Shown in pieces: positions 61,269 to 64,000 of a stretch of 64,000 nucleotides of DNA. The notes beneath the pieces are model-generated. The model saw only the letters and a program-made list of their open reading frames with translations, had not been told where the DNA came from and ran no database searches. Both the position numbers and the translations under genes were made by a program. The first letter of the stretch is position 1; each line of letters opens with the position of its first letter. This stretch comes from Gordius albopunctatus (taxonomy: Eukaryota). Location: NCBI GenBank assembly GCA_964276515.1, contig OZ193909.1, positions 11,594,001 to 11,658,000 on the forward strand, in the 5' to 3' direction.

Positions 61269-63727
61269 TCAGGCTACTACGACGGTCCCAAGTCCGTGTG
61301 TAAGACGTGGAGGGTTGGCGTCAGGTCGGAAACCGGCTATAAAACTCAACTCCAAAATTATGATAGTTTCAAACAAGATTTTACAAAAAAAGGGTAGGGC
61401 GTCCTCCACAAACGACGCGCACTGCATACCCCGCCCGTGCAATGTGAAAAATACACTAGGGTTACTGCCTAACTCACAACGAAGGCGGTTGAGGAAACTA
61501 GTTGTGAAAAGAATGCGAATTACATGCTGGAATGTGGGAACGTTGACGGGGAAGAGCATCGAGGTCGCACAGATGCTAGAAAGAAGAAAGGTACACATCG
61601 CCTGCCTACAAGAGACGAGGTGGAACGGAACGAAAGCTTGGGAATCAGGAGAAGCATACAAGCTTTTCTACAGTGGGTCACCAAATCGTAGAAACGGGGT
61701 CGGTATCGTTCTAAGCTAATCGTTTAAGGATAAAGTGGTGGAAGTCAAGCGTTGTTCCGACAGGCTAATGTGGGTGAAGATTGCAGATCAAGGGGGCCTC
61801 CTAACCGTTATGTGCGCGTATGCCCCCCAAATTGGATGTTTGGAATCATAGAAAGACATATTCTTCGATTCATTGGGAAAAAAAATACAAGGAATAAGAC
61901 GGACAGAAAGGCTAATTATTGGGGCAGATTTCAACGCTCACGTTGGGAAAGATCGCCTCGGGCATGAATGCAATCATGGAGGCTATGTGCATGGTCTTAA
62001 GAACAAAGAAGGGGAAAAACTTCTCCAAGTATCCCAAGCATATGACATGGAGATCGTTAACACCTATTTTCAAAAACGAGAAGATCATATTGTAACCTAT
62101 AAAATTGGGAAGAATTTTAGTCAAATCGACTATTTGCTTATACGGCGAAAGGACTTATGGAGTATCAAGGATTGCAAAGTATTACCGGGAGAAGAAATCG
62201 ACAGGCAACATCGTCCCCTTGTTATGGATACCGAAAGAAGAAAGGTCTATGAACGTCGAATTCGATACGAAAGGCTAAAGAATACATCGACGAACAAAGA
62301 ATACTATCAAAAAGCCTCCTCACTCTTGGCGGCAAGTAAGTTGCAAAGGAACGTAGACGACGATTGGGAGACGCCATCGTGTTCTAGGACAGACCAAAGG
62401 AGGCAAAGCTATGAATAGGGAACTATGGTGGTGGGATCAATCGATCAAAGATTTCATGGAAAGAAAGAAAAATCTATATAGACGGTGGCATAAATCAAAA
62501 ATGTTGGAGGATTATCAAGAGTACAGGTACGCAAAGAGGGCCCCAAAAAAGGCCGTTGAAAAGGCGAAGAATGCCGCGTACACCGAGATGGCAAACAAAC
62601 TGGATCATAAAGGGCGCGATAGGCTTATGTACAAATTGGCCAAGATAAGGGATAAGAAAAGTCGCGATGTCGGAGTTCTTAAAATAGTTAAAGCGAGAAG
62701 GGTCAAACCTTATTCAAGCTGAAAGAAGTGATGGAAAGGTGGAAAGGATATTTTAAGAAGCTTATGAATATTGCAAATGACAAGGATCCCCTTCCCGAAA
62801 TTGAGCCAAATATAAGTATGGTCGAACTCTTTCAGGAGGATGAAGTTAGGACACAAATGAACAAGATGCAAAAAGGAAAAGCAAATGGTCCAGATGGAAT
62901 CCCTATGGAAGCATTGCTCGGATGTCGTGAAGAAGGAGTCACCACCATGACGAACCTCATTAACAGGATATTGGTAGAAGAGCGTATCCCTAATCAATGG
63001 AGAGCAAGCACCATTATACCCTTATTTAAAGGCAAAGGAGACCCTCAGTACTGCGGCAATTACACAGGTATCAAGCTAACTTGCCACTCCTTGAAGCTTA
63101 TGGAAAGGATCTTAGTAACAAGGCTGAAAGACGAGGTGGAAATATCGGTTAGTCAATTCGGATTCGTGGCCGACAAATCCACAATCGACCCAATCTCCGC
63201 ACTAAGACAAATGATGGATAAGTACGGAGAAAATAGGAAAGACCTACATATGATTTTTATCGACTTGGAGAAAGCTTATGACATGGTCCCCCGCGATTTA
63301 ATATGGTGTTGCCTGAGGAAACAAAATATCCCTGATGCATATATACGGCTTATGAAAAATATGTATTAAGCCTCAAACTGTTGCGTTAGGACGACAGTTG
63401 GAGATTCTAAACTCTTTCTGGTTAATATTGGATTACATCAAGGCTCTGATTTAAGTCCCTCGATAATGAGGGACATTCAAAAGCCATCGCTATGGGCATA
63501 TACTAAGAAGGGTCACGGATGAAGTAAATCGAAAAGTACTGGACATGGAGGTACCGGGGAAGAAAGGAAGAAGATGACCCCGTGTCACGTGGAAAGGGCA
63601 AGTCGATAAAGTTATGGAAGCTAAAGAGATTAGTCAAGATATGACACTCACCCGGTCAAGATGGAAGAAACTTATAAAAACAAACCCCACCAATGTGGGA
63701 ACAAATAACTGATAAAGAAGAAGAAGG
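61269..63727 (+). mobile_element. RTE-clade non-LTR retrotransposon, degenerate
   Basis: APE endonuclease motifs (MRITCWNVGTLTGKS, IACLQETRW, GVGIVL, YAPQ, ADFNAHVG, SQIDYLL, HRPLV) and RT motifs ([41 protein letters not shown]). There is a stop at 61717 and several frameshifts. The YADD region is deleted, and a (GAA)n tail lies at ~63713-63727. Confidence 0.93.
61272..61318 (+). ncRNA. Twister ribozyme, 3' half (5'-truncated), at the RTE 5' end
   Basis: ACGG-TCCCAAGT-CCGT-GTGTAA-GACGTG-GAGGG-TT follows the twister core CCGG-UCCCAAGC-CCGG-(A/G)UAAA-P2-GAGGG. The 5' UAA+P2 strand was not found. Confidence 0.6.
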
Positions 63728-64000
63728 AGATAAGCAGTTGATTTGTCAAAAAAATTTGAATTTATGGGCAAAAAGCTTTTTAAAATATTTACTATCGAAA
63801 AACAAACTCATTTTGTAAAGTAATTAATTCAGTTCCTATCTAAAAAGTATCTAGTCCCAGGAGTCAGTATAACAACTCTATATAGCCTGTTTTAGACTTC
63901 ATTTTTTCTATTCAAAATCTTATGAGAATACTGTACAAAACTATGGTGGACATCGATATAAAACATTATATTCCCTCACTTATGGCAAACAAGCTGTTAT

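Overview
AT-rich eukaryotic (invertebrate animal) genomic DNA with spliceosomal GT-AG introns. I reconstructed three minus-strand protein-coding genes by hand. (1) A DIPP/NUDT3-type Nudix hydrolase: three exons seen, an 8.2-kb TE-filled intron 2, and a 3' end probably off the left edge. (2) A ~29-kb, 36-exon, ~2778-aa apical-ECM gene: signal peptide, LDLa-like motif, 27 EGF repeats, Ser/Thr/Lys-rich stalk, ZP domain, furin site and TM. It resembles nematode FBN-1 and the N-terminus of insect Dumpy. (3) A 9-exon imidazolonepropionase (AMDHD1/hutI). Introns and intergenic DNA are packed with mobile DNA: a split Mos1-like mariner relic, several hAT-type MITE families with exact 8-bp TSDs, a solo LTR, a non-autonomous Helitron, foldback elements and a degenerate RTE LINE. 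The most notable items are: a Helentron/DINE-1-like element carrying an intact, splice-flanked serpin-like exon plus an array of tRNA B-box repeats; the 3' half of a twister ribozyme at the 5' end of the RTE; a ~680-bp minisatellite palindrome inside a hAT MITE in an intron; and a cluster of 35-46-nt introns. All homology calls come from recalled family motifs, not database searches.
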